Positions 39,320-48,517 of a DNA stretch of 64,000 nt are shown one piece after another. This DNA is from Candidatus Poribacteria bacterium. GTDB lineage: Bacteria > Poribacteria > WGA-4E > GCA-2687025. Position 1 is the first letter of the stretch. Every line of letters starts with the position of its first letter. The stretch is from positions 1,632,001 to 1,696,000 of the forward strand of contig OY762492.1 of assembly GCA_963665845.2 (NCBI GenBank), given 5' to 3'. The notes beneath the pieces are model-generated. The model was not told the DNA's origin. It searched no databases and saw only the letters and a list, made by a program, of their open reading frames with translations. Position numbers and translations under genes: made by a program.

Positions 39320-42300
39320 ATGCCTGATTTTTTCAAAGAGCCGATACTGAACTCGCCCTATGAGGAGCCGACGCGCCACTGGGAGCTGGACGAAAAAGGG
39401 CAGCCAACGACGGTTATCCAGAAAGGACGTCGAAGAGCGGACTTCATCACGCCGATACCGAAGGCGAGGCGAGAGCAGGCGAGGTTCGCCATTGATGAAG
39501 GGTACGGGCTGACAACCGACGATCAGCATTACCATGCGTCCATCATCAACCGGATACGGGAGAGAGTGGACGAGTGGCGGGCTTTGCCTGACGAGAAGAG
39601 CTGGCGCGTCTCTCCTCATACGGCGGCGCTATTGAAGCATTGGAGGGCGGGACGGTTTATCAGCTTCAGACCCTTCTTCTGTCAAATGGAGGCGGTTGAA
39701 ACGATCATCTGGCTGACGGAGGTTGCGCCAAAGTTTAACAATCGCGCCGTCAAGGAAATACTAGACAATATCAAAAAGGCGAACGAGGAGGCGAATCCGA
39801 ACCTCAACCGCCTCGCGCTCAAAATGGCGACCGGCGCCGGCAAAACGGCCGTCATGGCGATGCTGATCGCATGGCAGACGGTGAACGCTGTTCGGATGTC
39901 TCGAAGCCCCCGGTTCACGAAGGGGTTTTTGGCGGTCGCGCCCGGCATCACCATCAAAGACAGGCTGCGCGTTCTTCTCCCGAACGATCCCGACAACTAC
40001 TATATTCAGCGTCAGCTCGTCCCAGACAGCATGAGAGGCGACATCAAAAAGGCTAAAGTTGTCATCACAAACTACCATGCGTTCAAAAAGAAGGAACGGC
40101 TCGAAATACAAACAGGGGCGCGCAAGCTGCTGGACCGCGGGGCGCGCGTCAACAGGGATGAAACGGACGGGCAGATGCTGCGGCGCATCATGCCTGAACT
40201 CATGAACATGAAAAACATTTTCATCATGAACGACGAGGCGCACCACTGTTACCGAGAAAAGCCTGAAGCGGAAGCGGAACAGAAAGCGCTCAAAGGGGAT
40301 GAAAAGCAGGAAGCGAAGAACAACCGAGAAGCGGCGCGCCTCTGGATCAACGGCCTCGAAGCGGTCGGACGAACGCTCGGTCCGAACCCCGCGCGCGTCA
40401 TCGACCTGTCGGCAACGCCGTTTTTTCTGCGCGGTTCAGGATACGCCGAAGGGACGCTGTTTCCATGGACGATGAGCGACTTCTCGCTCATGGACGCCAT
40501 CGAATGCGGCATTGTGAAGCTGCCGCGCGTTCCCGTTGACGACAACCTGTCTGACGAGATGCCGACGCTGCGAAACCTCTGGGAGCATATCGCCAAGGAT
40601 ATGCCGAAAAAAGGGCGCAGCAGTTCCCAAACTCTTGACCCTCAACGTCTTCCGAACGAACTGCAAACAGCGTTGGAAGCGGTGTACGGGCATTACAGCA
40701 GGACCTTTGATCAGCATAAAGACGCAGAATTCGAGGTTCTGCCATGCTTCATCGTCGTCTGCAGTAACACCGCCTCCTCCAAGCTGGTGTACGACTACAT
40801 CGCGGGGTACTGGCGGGAAGATCAGAACGGCAAGCCTCATTTTACACAGGGCAAGTTCGAACTGCTGCGCAACTACAACGACGAAGGCAGCCCATTTCCG
40901 ACGCCGAATACGCTGCTCATCGACAGCCGCCAGCTGGAGTCGGGCGACGCGCTGACGTCTGAATTCCGCAAAGCAGCCGACGAAGAAATTGAGCGGTTCC
41001 GGCGTGAAATCACGCGCAGAACAGGGCAGCCCGTCTCCAAAAAGAACATCACCGACGCGCAGATACTGCGCGAAGTGATGAACACCGTCGGCAAAAAGGG
41101 GCAGCTCGGCGCCGATATTCGATGCGTCGTCTCCGTCTCCATGCTGACGGAGGGATGGGACGCGAACAACGTCACGCATATTCTGGGCGTCCGCGCCTTC
41201 GGAACGCAGCTGCTCTGCGAGCAGGTGGTCGGGCGCGCCTTGCGAAGGCAGTCGTATGATCTGAACGACAAGGGGCTATTCAACGTTGAATACGCAGACA
41301 TACTGGGCGTGCCGTTCGACTTCACCGCAAAGCCTGTCCCCGCGCCGCTGACTCCCCCGATCAAAACGACGATGATTCAGGCGCAAAGCCCCGAACGAGA
41401 CGCGCTTGAGATACGCTTTCCGCAGGTCATGGGCTACCGCGTCGACAAGCCGAACGACCGGCTAGCGTTTGAGTTCACCGACGAATCGAAGCTGACGCTG
41501 ACGCCTGACATGGTCGGGCCGACCGTCACGCTCAACGAAGGCATTGTCGGCGAGGGAACCGAACTGACCTTGAATCATCTGAAAACGCGCCGCGCGCAGG
41601 AGGTGGAATATAGCTTGACGCACTACATCTTGATGAAGCGATGGCGCGAACAGGGCGAGGACCCTAGAATGCATCTATTCGGGCAGCTGAAGCGGATTGT
41701 GCAAGCATGGATAAACGAATGCTTTGAATGCAAAGGCGGCACGATGCCGGCGCAGTTGATGTGGCGCAGCGTCGCCGACATGGCATACGAGCGCATTGAG
41801 GCGGCCGTCACGCGCGCCAGCGGCGGAGAGAATCAAATCAAGGCGATACTGAACCCTTACAACGCATTCGGCTCCACCGCGGATGTTCAATTCAAGACCG
41901 CCAAAACGGACCTTTACCGGACCGATCCGCGAAAGTGCCATCTGAATTACGCAGTTCTGGATTCGGGTTGGGAGGCGGAGTTTTGCCGCGCCGCCGAGGC
42001 GCATCCGCGCGTCAAAGCGTATGTGAAAAACGCGGGTCTCGGATTTGAAATTCCTTACAGGTCGGGCGGACAGCGGCGCGTCTATCTGCCCGATTATATC
42101 GTCCAGATCGACGACGGGCGGGGAGAAGAGGATCCGCTGAACCTTGTCGTTGAAATCAAAGGGCTGAAACGCGAATCGGACAGAGAGAAGATCGACGCGG
42201 CGAAAACCTACTGGGTTCCGGGCGTCAACAACCGAGGCGGATGCGGACGCTGGGACTTCATTGAGCTGGACGACCTGTTCGAGATAGAAGCGGAGCTGAA

Positions 42301-42328
42301 GCGGTTGATTCAAGAAAAAAGCAGTTGA
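39320..42328 (+). CDS. Type III restriction enzyme Res subunit
   Basis: KMATGAGKT, DEAHH, LSATP, MLTEGWD, EQVVGRALRR; C-terminal PDYIV..VEIKG. Confidence 0.92.
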   Translation: MPDFFKEPILNSPYEEPTRHWELDEKGQPTTVIQKGRRRADFITPIPKARREQARFAIDEGYGLTTDDQHYHASIINRIRERVDEWRALPDEKSWRVSPHTAALLKHWRAGRFISFRPFFCQMEAVETIIWLTEVAPKFNNRAVKEILDNIKKANEEANPNLNRLALKMATGAGKTAVMAMLIAWQTVNAVRMSRSPRFTKGFLAVAPGITIKDRLRVLLPNDPDNYYIQRQLVPDSMRGDIKKAKVVITNYHAFKKKERLEIQTGARKLLDRGARVNRDETDGQMLRRIMPELMNMKNIFIMNDEAHHCYREKPEAEAEQKALKGDEKQEAKNNREAARLWINGLEAVGRTLGPNPARVIDLSATPFFLRGSGYAEGTLFPWTMSDFSLMDAIECGIVKLPRVPVDDNLSDEMPTLRNLWEHIAKDMPKKGRSSSQTLDPQRLPNELQTALEAVYGHYSRTFDQHKDAEFEVLPCFIVVCSNTASSKLVYDYIAGYWREDQNGKPHFTQGKFELLRNYNDEGSPFPTPNTLLIDSRQLESGDALTSEFRKAADEEIERFRREITRRTGQPVSKKNITDAQILREVMNTVGKKGQLGADIRCVVSVSMLTEGWDANNVTHILGVRAFGTQLLCEQVVGRALRRQSYDLNDKGLFNVEYADILGVPFDFTAKPVPAPLTPPIKTTMIQAQSPERDALEIRFPQVMGYRVDKPNDRLAFEFTDESKLTLTPDMVGPTVTLNEGIVGEGTELTLNHLKTRRAQEVEYSLTHYILMKRWREQGEDPRMHLFGQLKRIVQAWINECFECKGGTMPAQLMWRSVADMAYERIEAAVTRASGGENQIKAILNPYNAFGSTADVQFKTAKTDLYRTDPRKCHLNYAVLDSGWEAEFCRAAEAHPRVKAYVKNAGLGFEIPYRSGGQRRVYLPDYIVQIDDGRGEEDPLNLVVEIKGLKRESDREKIDAAKTYWVPGVNNRGGCGRWDFIELDDLFEIEAELKRLIQEKSS

Positions 42329-42389
42329 CAACGCCCAGCGCCGCGTCTCATAATCTAACAGCGCAATAGGGCGGCGATTGGAGGCGGAC

Positions 42390-42926
42390 ATGAGCGAACG
42401 AAGCGGAACGAAACGAAAACAGCATCGAGACCCCTGGCACGAACTGCGCGCCGCGCTGATCCAGGCGCAGGCGCAGCTGGACGCCGAGCATGAATGGCGG
42501 GAAGGATGGGCGGATCTACTCAACGGCGCGTTGGAGGCGGTTGACAGGTTCGAGGCGCGGCAAAAAGACATACGCCGCCTCAACCCCATCGCGGAGCGGC
42601 TGGCGGTGGAGGAATGCCGCGATGTCCGGCTAGAGCTCGCATACGCCTTGAACGAGGCGCTGGATCGATTGAGAGCCTTGACCAAATTTCGGAGCGAAAT
42701 GCGCCGTCATGCGCTCGCTTTAGAATCGTCGGGCAAAGAAAAAAACGGGTTTGCGGCGGCGCTTCTCCGCGTCAGCCGCTCGCTGGAAGCGGCGACGATT
42801 GAAGATGCCTACAAGGTTGTTGATGATATTCAGAGGGAGAATTCGCTCCAAGCCGCCCGCTATCTGGGGACCCAAATCAAAACGGGCGGGCGGACTTTCA
42901 CACGGGATGAAATGAATGAGCGTTGA
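42390..42926 (+). CDS. Putative antitoxin with long helical N-terminus, copy 1
   Basis: Ends GRTFTRDEMNER, a VapB-type tail, and overlaps the PIN gene. TTGACA..CATAAT promoter upstream. Confidence 0.7.
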   Translation: MSERSGTKRKQHRDPWHELRAALIQAQAQLDAEHEWREGWADLLNGALEAVDRFEARQKDIRRLNPIAERLAVEECRDVRLELAYALNEALDRLRALTKFRSEMRRHALALESSGKEKNGFAAALLRVSRSLEAATIEDAYKVVDDIQRENSLQAARYLGTQIKTGGRTFTRDEMNER

Positions 42927-43359
42927 CCATTTTTTGGACTCGAACATCGTCATCTACTACTATGACGATCAAAGTCCCAGAAAGAAAGCAAAAGCGAGGC
43001 GCATGGTGAACAGCGCGCTCGATAATGAAAACGGCTGCGTCAGCTTCCAGGTCGTTCAAGAAACAATGTACGTCATCAGGAAAAAGCTACGGGTGGACGA
43101 TAAGGACGCCGAATTCATGCTGAACAACATACTGCTGCAGCTTTGGGAAGCGAATCCCGTGTGGGAAACCGACCCGACGCCGGAAATGTACCAACGCGCC
43201 TTCGATCTCCATAAACGGCGCGGAATCGCCAACTTCTACGACTGCGTCATCGCCGTAAACGCTCTGGACGCCGGATGCGCCACGATCTACACAGAAGACG
43301 CAGGTCTGCTACACGCCCAGCGGGTTGAGGATGTGGACATCGTCAACCCGTTCAATTAA
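42916..43359 (+). CDS. PIN-domain (VapC-like) toxin
   Basis: FLDSNIVIY, SFQVVQE, FYDCVI, YTED. Confidence 0.88.
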   Translation: MSVDHFLDSNIVIYYYDDQSPRKKAKARRMVNSALDNENGCVSFQVVQETMYVIRKKLRVDDKDAEFMLNNILLQLWEANPVWETDPTPEMYQRAFDLHKRRGIANFYDCVIAVNALDAGCATIYTEDAGLLHAQRVEDVDIVNPFN

Positions 43360-43394
43360 AATAGAGACTGAACTCAAAAAACGGAGAGCGGGGC

Positions 43395-43931
43395 ATGGCT
43401 GAACGAAGCGGAACGGAACGAAAACAGCATCGAGACCCCTGGAACGAACTGCGCGCCGCGCTGATCCAGGCGCAGGCGCAGCTGGACGCCGAGCATGAAT
43501 GGCGGGAAGGATGGGCGGAGCTACTCAACGGCGCGTTGGAGGCGGTCGACAGGCTCGAGGCGCGGCAAAAAGACATACGCCGCCTCAACCCCATCGCGGA
43601 GCGGCTGGCGGTGGAGGAATGCCGCGATGTCCGGCTAGAGCTTGGATACGCCCTGAACGAGGCGCTGGATCGATTGAGAGCCTTGACCAAATTTCGGAGC
43701 GAAATGCGCCGTCATGCCATAGCTCTAGAATCGTCGGGCGGAGAAAAAAACGGGTTTGCGGCGGCGCTGCTGCGCGTCAGTCGGTCGCTGGAAGCGGCGA
43801 AGATGGAAGACGCCTACAAGGTTGTTAGCGAAATTCGGAAGGAGAATTCGCTCCAGAGCCTTCGGTATCTGGAGACCCGAATCAAAACGGGCGGACGCAC
43901 TTTCACACGGGATGAAATGAATGAGCGTTGA
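43395..43931 (+). CDS. Putative antitoxin, copy 2 (orphan)
   Basis: Near-identical to 42390..42926. Confidence 0.7.
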   Translation: MAERSGTERKQHRDPWNELRAALIQAQAQLDAEHEWREGWAELLNGALEAVDRLEARQKDIRRLNPIAERLAVEECRDVRLELGYALNEALDRLRALTKFRSEMRRHAIALESSGGEKNGFAAALLRVSRSLEAAKMEDAYKVVSEIRKENSLQSLRYLETRIKTGGRTFTRDEMNER

Positions 43932-44126
43932 CCATTTTTTGGACTCCAACCCTTTCAATTCCGCCGTCATTCCCGCTTCTCCTCGTCATTCCCGCTTCTC
44001 CTCGTCATTCCCGCGTAAGCGGGAATCTTAAAGCAACGCAGCCGCCGCGCGCGGCGGAAACCCCCCTGCCCCCCTTTTCAAGGGGGGAGTCTGAAGGATG
44101 TTGACATCGTCAACCCGTTCAACTAA
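43921..44126 (+). pseudogene. PIN toxin remnant: both ends kept, middle replaced by a REP block
   Basis: First 30 bp (MSVDHFLDSN) and last ~32 bp (DVDIVNPFN*) flank 144 bp of REP-B/REP-A sequence. Confidence 0.85.
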
Positions 44127-44164
44127 GATAGACCCTGAACTCAAAACGAAGACGGAGAACGAGC

Positions 44165-47100
44165 ATGGCAAAAAAAGCCCGAACGCCCAAAACGGTCGAA
44201 CACACCAAGCACGAGGACGCCAAACGCAAAAACAACCCCACCGCCGAATTCCAAAACCTGGTCTCTGACGAGATCAAGCGGCCCGTGCCTGTCCATATCA
44301 AACGCCCCAACCCCGACCTGGACCCGCAGCTGGTCTGGCACGGAAAAGACGCAAGCAGTCTAGACGAAATGGTCGTCAACGCGCCATCGCTTTACATCCA
44401 AGAAAAAATACAGCCCAAAGCGATCATCGACGGCCTGATGCGCCTCGCCGAGACGAACGCCCCCGACGAAGACCAAGGCGCCCTCTTCGCCGACTTCAAC
44501 GGCGTCCCCGAAAACGCCCAAACCGAGTTCTATCAGCACGACGCAAAATGGTCAAACCGAATGATACTCGGCGACAGCCTGCATGTCATGGCGTCGCTCG
44601 CCGAACGGGAAAACCTGCGCGGACAGGTCCAGTGCGTCTATATCGACCCGCCCTACGGCATCAAGTTCAACTCCAACTTCCAATGGTCAACGCAAACGCG
44701 CGACGTCAAAGACGGCAACGCGGCGCATATCACCCGCGAACCCGAACAGGTGAAAGCGTTCCGCGACACATGGGAAAACGGCGTCCACTCTTACCTCGGA
44801 TACCTGCGCGACAGAATCACCGCCGCCAGAGAGCTTCTGAACGAAACAGGCTCATGCTTCGTTCAGATCGGAGACGAAAACGTTCACCGCGTCCGCGCCA
44901 TCATGGATGAGGTGTTCGGACCTGAAAATTATATTTCATTGATTACATTTACAAAAACATCACCACTTGGCACCAAGCTTATAGCGAATCGCTGCGATTA
45001 CATTGTTTGGTATGCGCGCGATAAAGAAATCGTAAAATATCGTCCTCTTTTTGTTTCAAAAAATGTAGGACGGGGTACCGCATATTCCCACATTGAATTT
45101 CCTGATGGAAGTAAGCGTAGACTATCTTCCAATGACTCGAATCTGCCTAAAAATATAGATTATTTTGTATTAGGAAATTTATTGTCTACAGGATTTACTA
45201 AAACATGCTACTATGACTTTGACTTCGAAGGGCGGACTGTGCCTCAAGGTAGGTATAGCTGGAAAACCACTAAGAACGGCATGGAGCGGCTAATTCGCAT
45301 GGGCAGAGTATATGGTCAAGGATTAAGGCCTGGATACGTACAAAAATTTTCAGACTTTCCTGTCCAAACACTAGATCATTTATGGAACGACACAGGAGGA
45401 GCTCAAAATCGAAGATATGTTGTTGAAACAACCTCCAAGGTAATTCAGCGCTGCATCCTCATGACGACGGACCCAGGCGACCTTGTCCTGGACCCGACCT
45501 GCGGCTCTGGGACGACGGCGTACGTCGCTGAGCAGTGGGGCAGGCGCTGGATCGTTATCGACACGTCGCGCGTCGCGCTGGCTCTGGCGCGTATGCGTCT
45601 CATGGGGGCGCGTTATCCGTATTATCTGCTGTCCGACACGCCTGAAGGTCAACAGAAGGAGGCGGATCTGGAGCGGCGCGCCGTCTCGGAGGCGCCGACC
45701 TACGGCATGATACGGCAGGGGTTCGTCTATGAGCGCGTCCCGCACATCACGCTGAAGGCGATTGCGAACAACCGCGAGATCGACGAGATATGGGAGCGTC
45801 ATGAGGAGCGTTTGCGTCCGCTTCGAGAGGAGCTGTCGTCCGCCGCCGGTTTGGCGGAGCCGCTGGAGGAGTGGGAGGTTCCGCGCGAACTCCCTGACGG
45901 TTGGCATTCGGCGTCGGAGCCGCTGCTGTCCCGCTTTTGGAGGGATCGCGCCGCGCGTCAGAAGGAGATCGACGCGTCCATCGCCGCGGCGGCGGAATAC
46001 GAGCAGCTGTTCGACAAGCCGTTTGAGGACAAGAGGAAGGTTCGGGTCGCGGGTCCGTTCACGGTGGACAGCTTGTCGCCGGTGCGCTCCGTGCCGGTCG
46101 ATTCGAACGGCGATCCGCGTTTGAAGGAGCAGGAAGCGGCGGAAACGAAAGACTTTGCCGAGACGATTTTGGAGGCGCTGCGGGCGTCCGGCGTTCAGCA
46201 GACCGACAAGGCGGACCGCATCAAGTTTGAGTCGCTGGAGCCGTTCGGCGGCAAGTTTATCGCGGCGGAGGGCGTTTATACGGAGGGCGATGAGAAGAAG
46301 ACGGCGGGGGTGTATATCGGGCCGGAGTATAACGCAGTGTCGGACATCGAATTGACGATGGCGGCAAAGGAGGCGGCCGCCGCCATGCATGACGTCCTGA
46401 TTGCATGCGGTTTCAGCTTCGATCCTCAAGCCGCCAAGCGCCTGAATAGAGGGAGGATGCGGATACTTCATGCGCGCATGAACGCCGATCTGCATATGGG
46501 CGCGGATTTGAAGAATACGGGCATCGGAAACCTGTTCATCATCTTCGGCGAGCCGGACATTACAGTGGGCAGTGAAAAGTGGATCGTGGACAGCGAAGGG
46601 AAATGGATCGCGCCTTATGACATCTTTGCGCTCGTATCGGGACTTGATCGTATGGAAGAAGTCAATGGACTTCGCCGTGAAGATTTACACGCTTACGCGC
46701 GGCTTTCCCGCCGACGAGAGATTTGGGATGATCTCGCAGATGCGGCGGGCGTCGTCGTCGATACCGGCGAACATCGCGGAGGGTCAGGCGCGTCGCACAA
46801 CGGGGGAATTTCTACATTCGCTTGGCATTGCGCGGGGGTCTTTAGCGGAGGTCGAGACCTTTCTGATATTGTCGGCGCGATTGGAGATGATCGGCTCCGA
46901 GAGTTTAAAGCGCTTGTTGACCGACTGCGAGGAGATCAGCAAAATGCTTCACGGGCTGATGAAGTCTCTGGCATCCCGCCGATAGACTCTGTCCACTATC
47001 CACTGACGACTGCCCACTTCCACCAGGTAAGGATAAACGGCGTGGACATCTTTGATCCAAGAAAAGGCGAGCCGAAGAGCCATGACATAGACGGCATCGC

Positions 47101-47347
47101 CTGCTGGTTCATCGACACCGATTACAACGGCGAAAGCTTTTTTGTGCGCCATGCCTATTTCATCGGCGCGGACGACCCGTATAAGCAGTTGAAGACGACC
47201 TTGAAAGCGGAGATCAACCAAGAGGCATGGGAGTCCCTGCGCGGCAACCTCTCGCGCCCGTTTCCGCGCCCGTCTTCGGGGATGATCGCCGTCAAGGTCA
47301 TCAACCGCTTCGGCGATGAGGCGATGCGCGAATTCCAGATTGAATAG
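44165..47347 (+). CDS. Type III R-M Mod subunit (amino-methyltransferase, beta class) with in-frame ~150-aa insertion
   Basis: YIDPPYG, LVLDPTCGSGTT; AT-rich TRD at about 44925-45440; C-terminal AVKVINRFGDE. Confidence 0.92.
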   Translation: MAKKARTPKTVEHTKHEDAKRKNNPTAEFQNLVSDEIKRPVPVHIKRPNPDLDPQLVWHGKDASSLDEMVVNAPSLYIQEKIQPKAIIDGLMRLAETNAPDEDQGALFADFNGVPENAQTEFYQHDAKWSNRMILGDSLHVMASLAERENLRGQVQCVYIDPPYGIKFNSNFQWSTQTRDVKDGNAAHITREPEQVKAFRDTWENGVHSYLGYLRDRITAARELLNETGSCFVQIGDENVHRVRAIMDEVFGPENYISLITFTKTSPLGTKLIANRCDYIVWYARDKEIVKYRPLFVSKNVGRGTAYSHIEFPDGSKRRLSSNDSNLPKNIDYFVLGNLLSTGFTKTCYYDFDFEGRTVPQGRYSWKTTKNGMERLIRMGRVYGQGLRPGYVQKFSDFPVQTLDHLWNDTGGAQNRRYVVETTSKVIQRCILMTTDPGDLVLDPTCGSGTTAYVAEQWGRRWIVIDTSRVALALARMRLMGARYPYYLLSDTPEGQQKEADLERRAVSEAPTYGMIRQGFVYERVPHITLKAIANNREIDEIWERHEERLRPLREELSSAAGLAEPLEEWEVPRELPDGWHSASEPLLSRFWRDRAARQKEIDASIAAAAEYEQLFDKPFEDKRKVRVAGPFTVDSLSPVRSVPVDSNGDPRLKEQEAAETKDFAETILEALRASGVQQTDKADRIKFESLEPFGGKFIAAEGVYTEGDEKKTAGVYIGPEYNAVSDIELTMAAKEAAAAMHDVLIACGFSFDPQAAKRLNRGRMRILHARMNADLHMGADLKNTGIGNLFIIFGEPDITVGSEKWIVDSEGKWIAPYDIFALVSGLDRMEEVNGLRREDLHAYARLSRRREIWDDLADAAGVVVDTGEHRGGSGASHNGGISTFAWHCAGVFSGGRDLSDIVGAIGDDRLREFKALVDRLRGDQQNASRADEVSGIPPIDSVHYPLTTAHFHQVRINGVDIFDPRKGEPKSHDIDGIACWFIDTDYNGESFFVRHAYFIGADDPYKQLKTTLKAEINQEAWESLRGNLSRPFPRPSSGMIAVKVINRFGDEAMREFQIE
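46564..47018 (+). mobile_element. Inverted-repeat-bounded IVS-like element inside mod
   Basis: 30-bp IRs built of 7-mers: AGTGGGCAGTGAAAAGTGGATCGTGGACAG (46564-46593) and CTGTCCACTATCCACTGACGACTGCCCACT (46989-47018), 25/30 complementary. Confidence 0.8.
46617..46985 (+). CDS. Four-helix-bundle protein (23S rRNA-IVP/Avd-like family), nested in mod in the +1 frame
   Basis: SYRDLIVWKKSM, FPADERFGMISQMRRASSSIPANIAEG, FLHSLGIARGSLAEVET; full length with ATG and TAG. Confidence 0.9.
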   Translation: MTSLRSYRDLIVWKKSMDFAVKIYTLTRGFPADERFGMISQMRRASSSIPANIAEGQARRTTGEFLHSLGIARGSLAEVETFLILSARLEMIGSESLKRLLTDCEEISKMLHGLMKSLASRR

Positions 47348-47457
47348 CCTCCTCCCGCAGGCGCTGTCCGCGTCCATCGGTTTGACAACCCCGCCATCGT
47401 GTATCATTCTTTAACAGCGCGTCATAAGGGCGTCGTCGGCAGCGATGGGAGGCGGAC

Positions 47458-48003
47458 ATGACCGAACGAAGCGGAACGGAACGAAAACAGCATCGAGACC
47501 CTTGGAACGAACTGCGCGCCGCTCTCATCCAGGCGCAGGCGCAGCTGGCGCAGTTGGACGTCGAGCCTGAACGGCGGGAGAACTGGACTCCTCTTCTCGA
47601 CGGCGCATTGGAGGCGGTCAACAGGTTCAAGGCGCGTCAAAAAGAGATACCCGGTCTCCGCCGCGCCGCGGAGCGTCTGGCGGTGGAGGAATGCCGCGAC
47701 GCTCGGAGGGCGTTCGGACGCGCCCTGAGCGAGTCGCTGGATCAGTTGAGAACCCTGACCAAGTTTCGAGGCGAGATGCGCCGTCATGCCCTCGCTCTAG
47801 AATCGTCGGGCGGAGAAAAAAACGGGTTTGCGGCGGCGCTTCTCCGCGTCAGTCGGTCGCTGGAAGCGGCGGCGCTTGAGGATGACTACGATACTCTTCT
47901 GAAAGTTCGGGGGGAGAATTCGGTTCAAATCGGCCGCTATCTGCAGACCCGAATCAAAACGGGCGGACGTACCTTCACACGGGATGAAATGAATGAGCGT
48001 TGA
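47458..48003 (+). CDS. Putative antitoxin with long helical N-terminus, copy 3
   Basis: Diverged paralog ending FTRDEMNER. Confidence 0.7.
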   Translation: MTERSGTERKQHRDPWNELRAALIQAQAQLAQLDVEPERRENWTPLLDGALEAVNRFKARQKEIPGLRRAAERLAVEECRDARRAFGRALSESLDQLRTLTKFRGEMRRHALALESSGGEKNGFAAALLRVSRSLEAAALEDDYDTLLKVRGENSVQIGRYLQTRIKTGGRTFTRDEMNER

Positions 48004-48436
48004 TCATTTTTTGGACTCCAACATCGTCATTTACTACTATGACGATCGAAGTCCGGAAAAGAAAGCAAAAGCGACGCTTCTGGTTGACAGCGCGCTTAAA
48101 AATCAAAACGGCTGCATCAGCTACCAGGTCGTTCAAGAGACAATGTATGTCGTCAGGAAAAAGCTGCGGGTGGACGATAATGACGCCGAAACCATGCTGA
48201 ATGACAGACTATTGCCGCTTTGGGAAGCGAATCCCGCGCGGGAGATCGACCCGACGCCGGAAATGTACCTACGCGCTTTTGATCTCCAGAAACGGCGCGG
48301 AATCGCCAATTTCTATGATTGCGTCATCGCCGTGAACGCTCTCGACGCTGGATGCTCAACGCTCTATACAGAAGACGCGGGTCTGCTCCATGCCCAGCGG
48401 GTTGAGGATGTGGACATCGTCAACCCGTTCATCTAA
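47993..48436 (+). CDS. PIN-domain (VapC-like) toxin, copy 2
   Basis: Paralog of 42916..43359. Confidence 0.88.
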   Translation: MSVDHFLDSNIVIYYYDDRSPEKKAKATLLVDSALKNQNGCISYQVVQETMYVVRKKLRVDDNDAETMLNDRLLPLWEANPAREIDPTPEMYLRAFDLQKRRGIANFYDCVIAVNALDAGCSTLYTEDAGLLHAQRVEDVDIVNPFI

Positions 48437-48517
48437 AATAGGGCTGGACTTAAAAAACGGAGAGCGGCGCAATTTGACAACGCGTCAAAGGGCGTTGGCG
48501 GTTGAACGGAGAGTAAA

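Noticed and set aside
46564-47018. Intein or group I/II intron in mod
   Set aside because: There are no intein terminal motifs (C/S...HN-C/S/T) and no recognisable intron core or domain V; the insert is almost entirely ORF plus terminal IRs.
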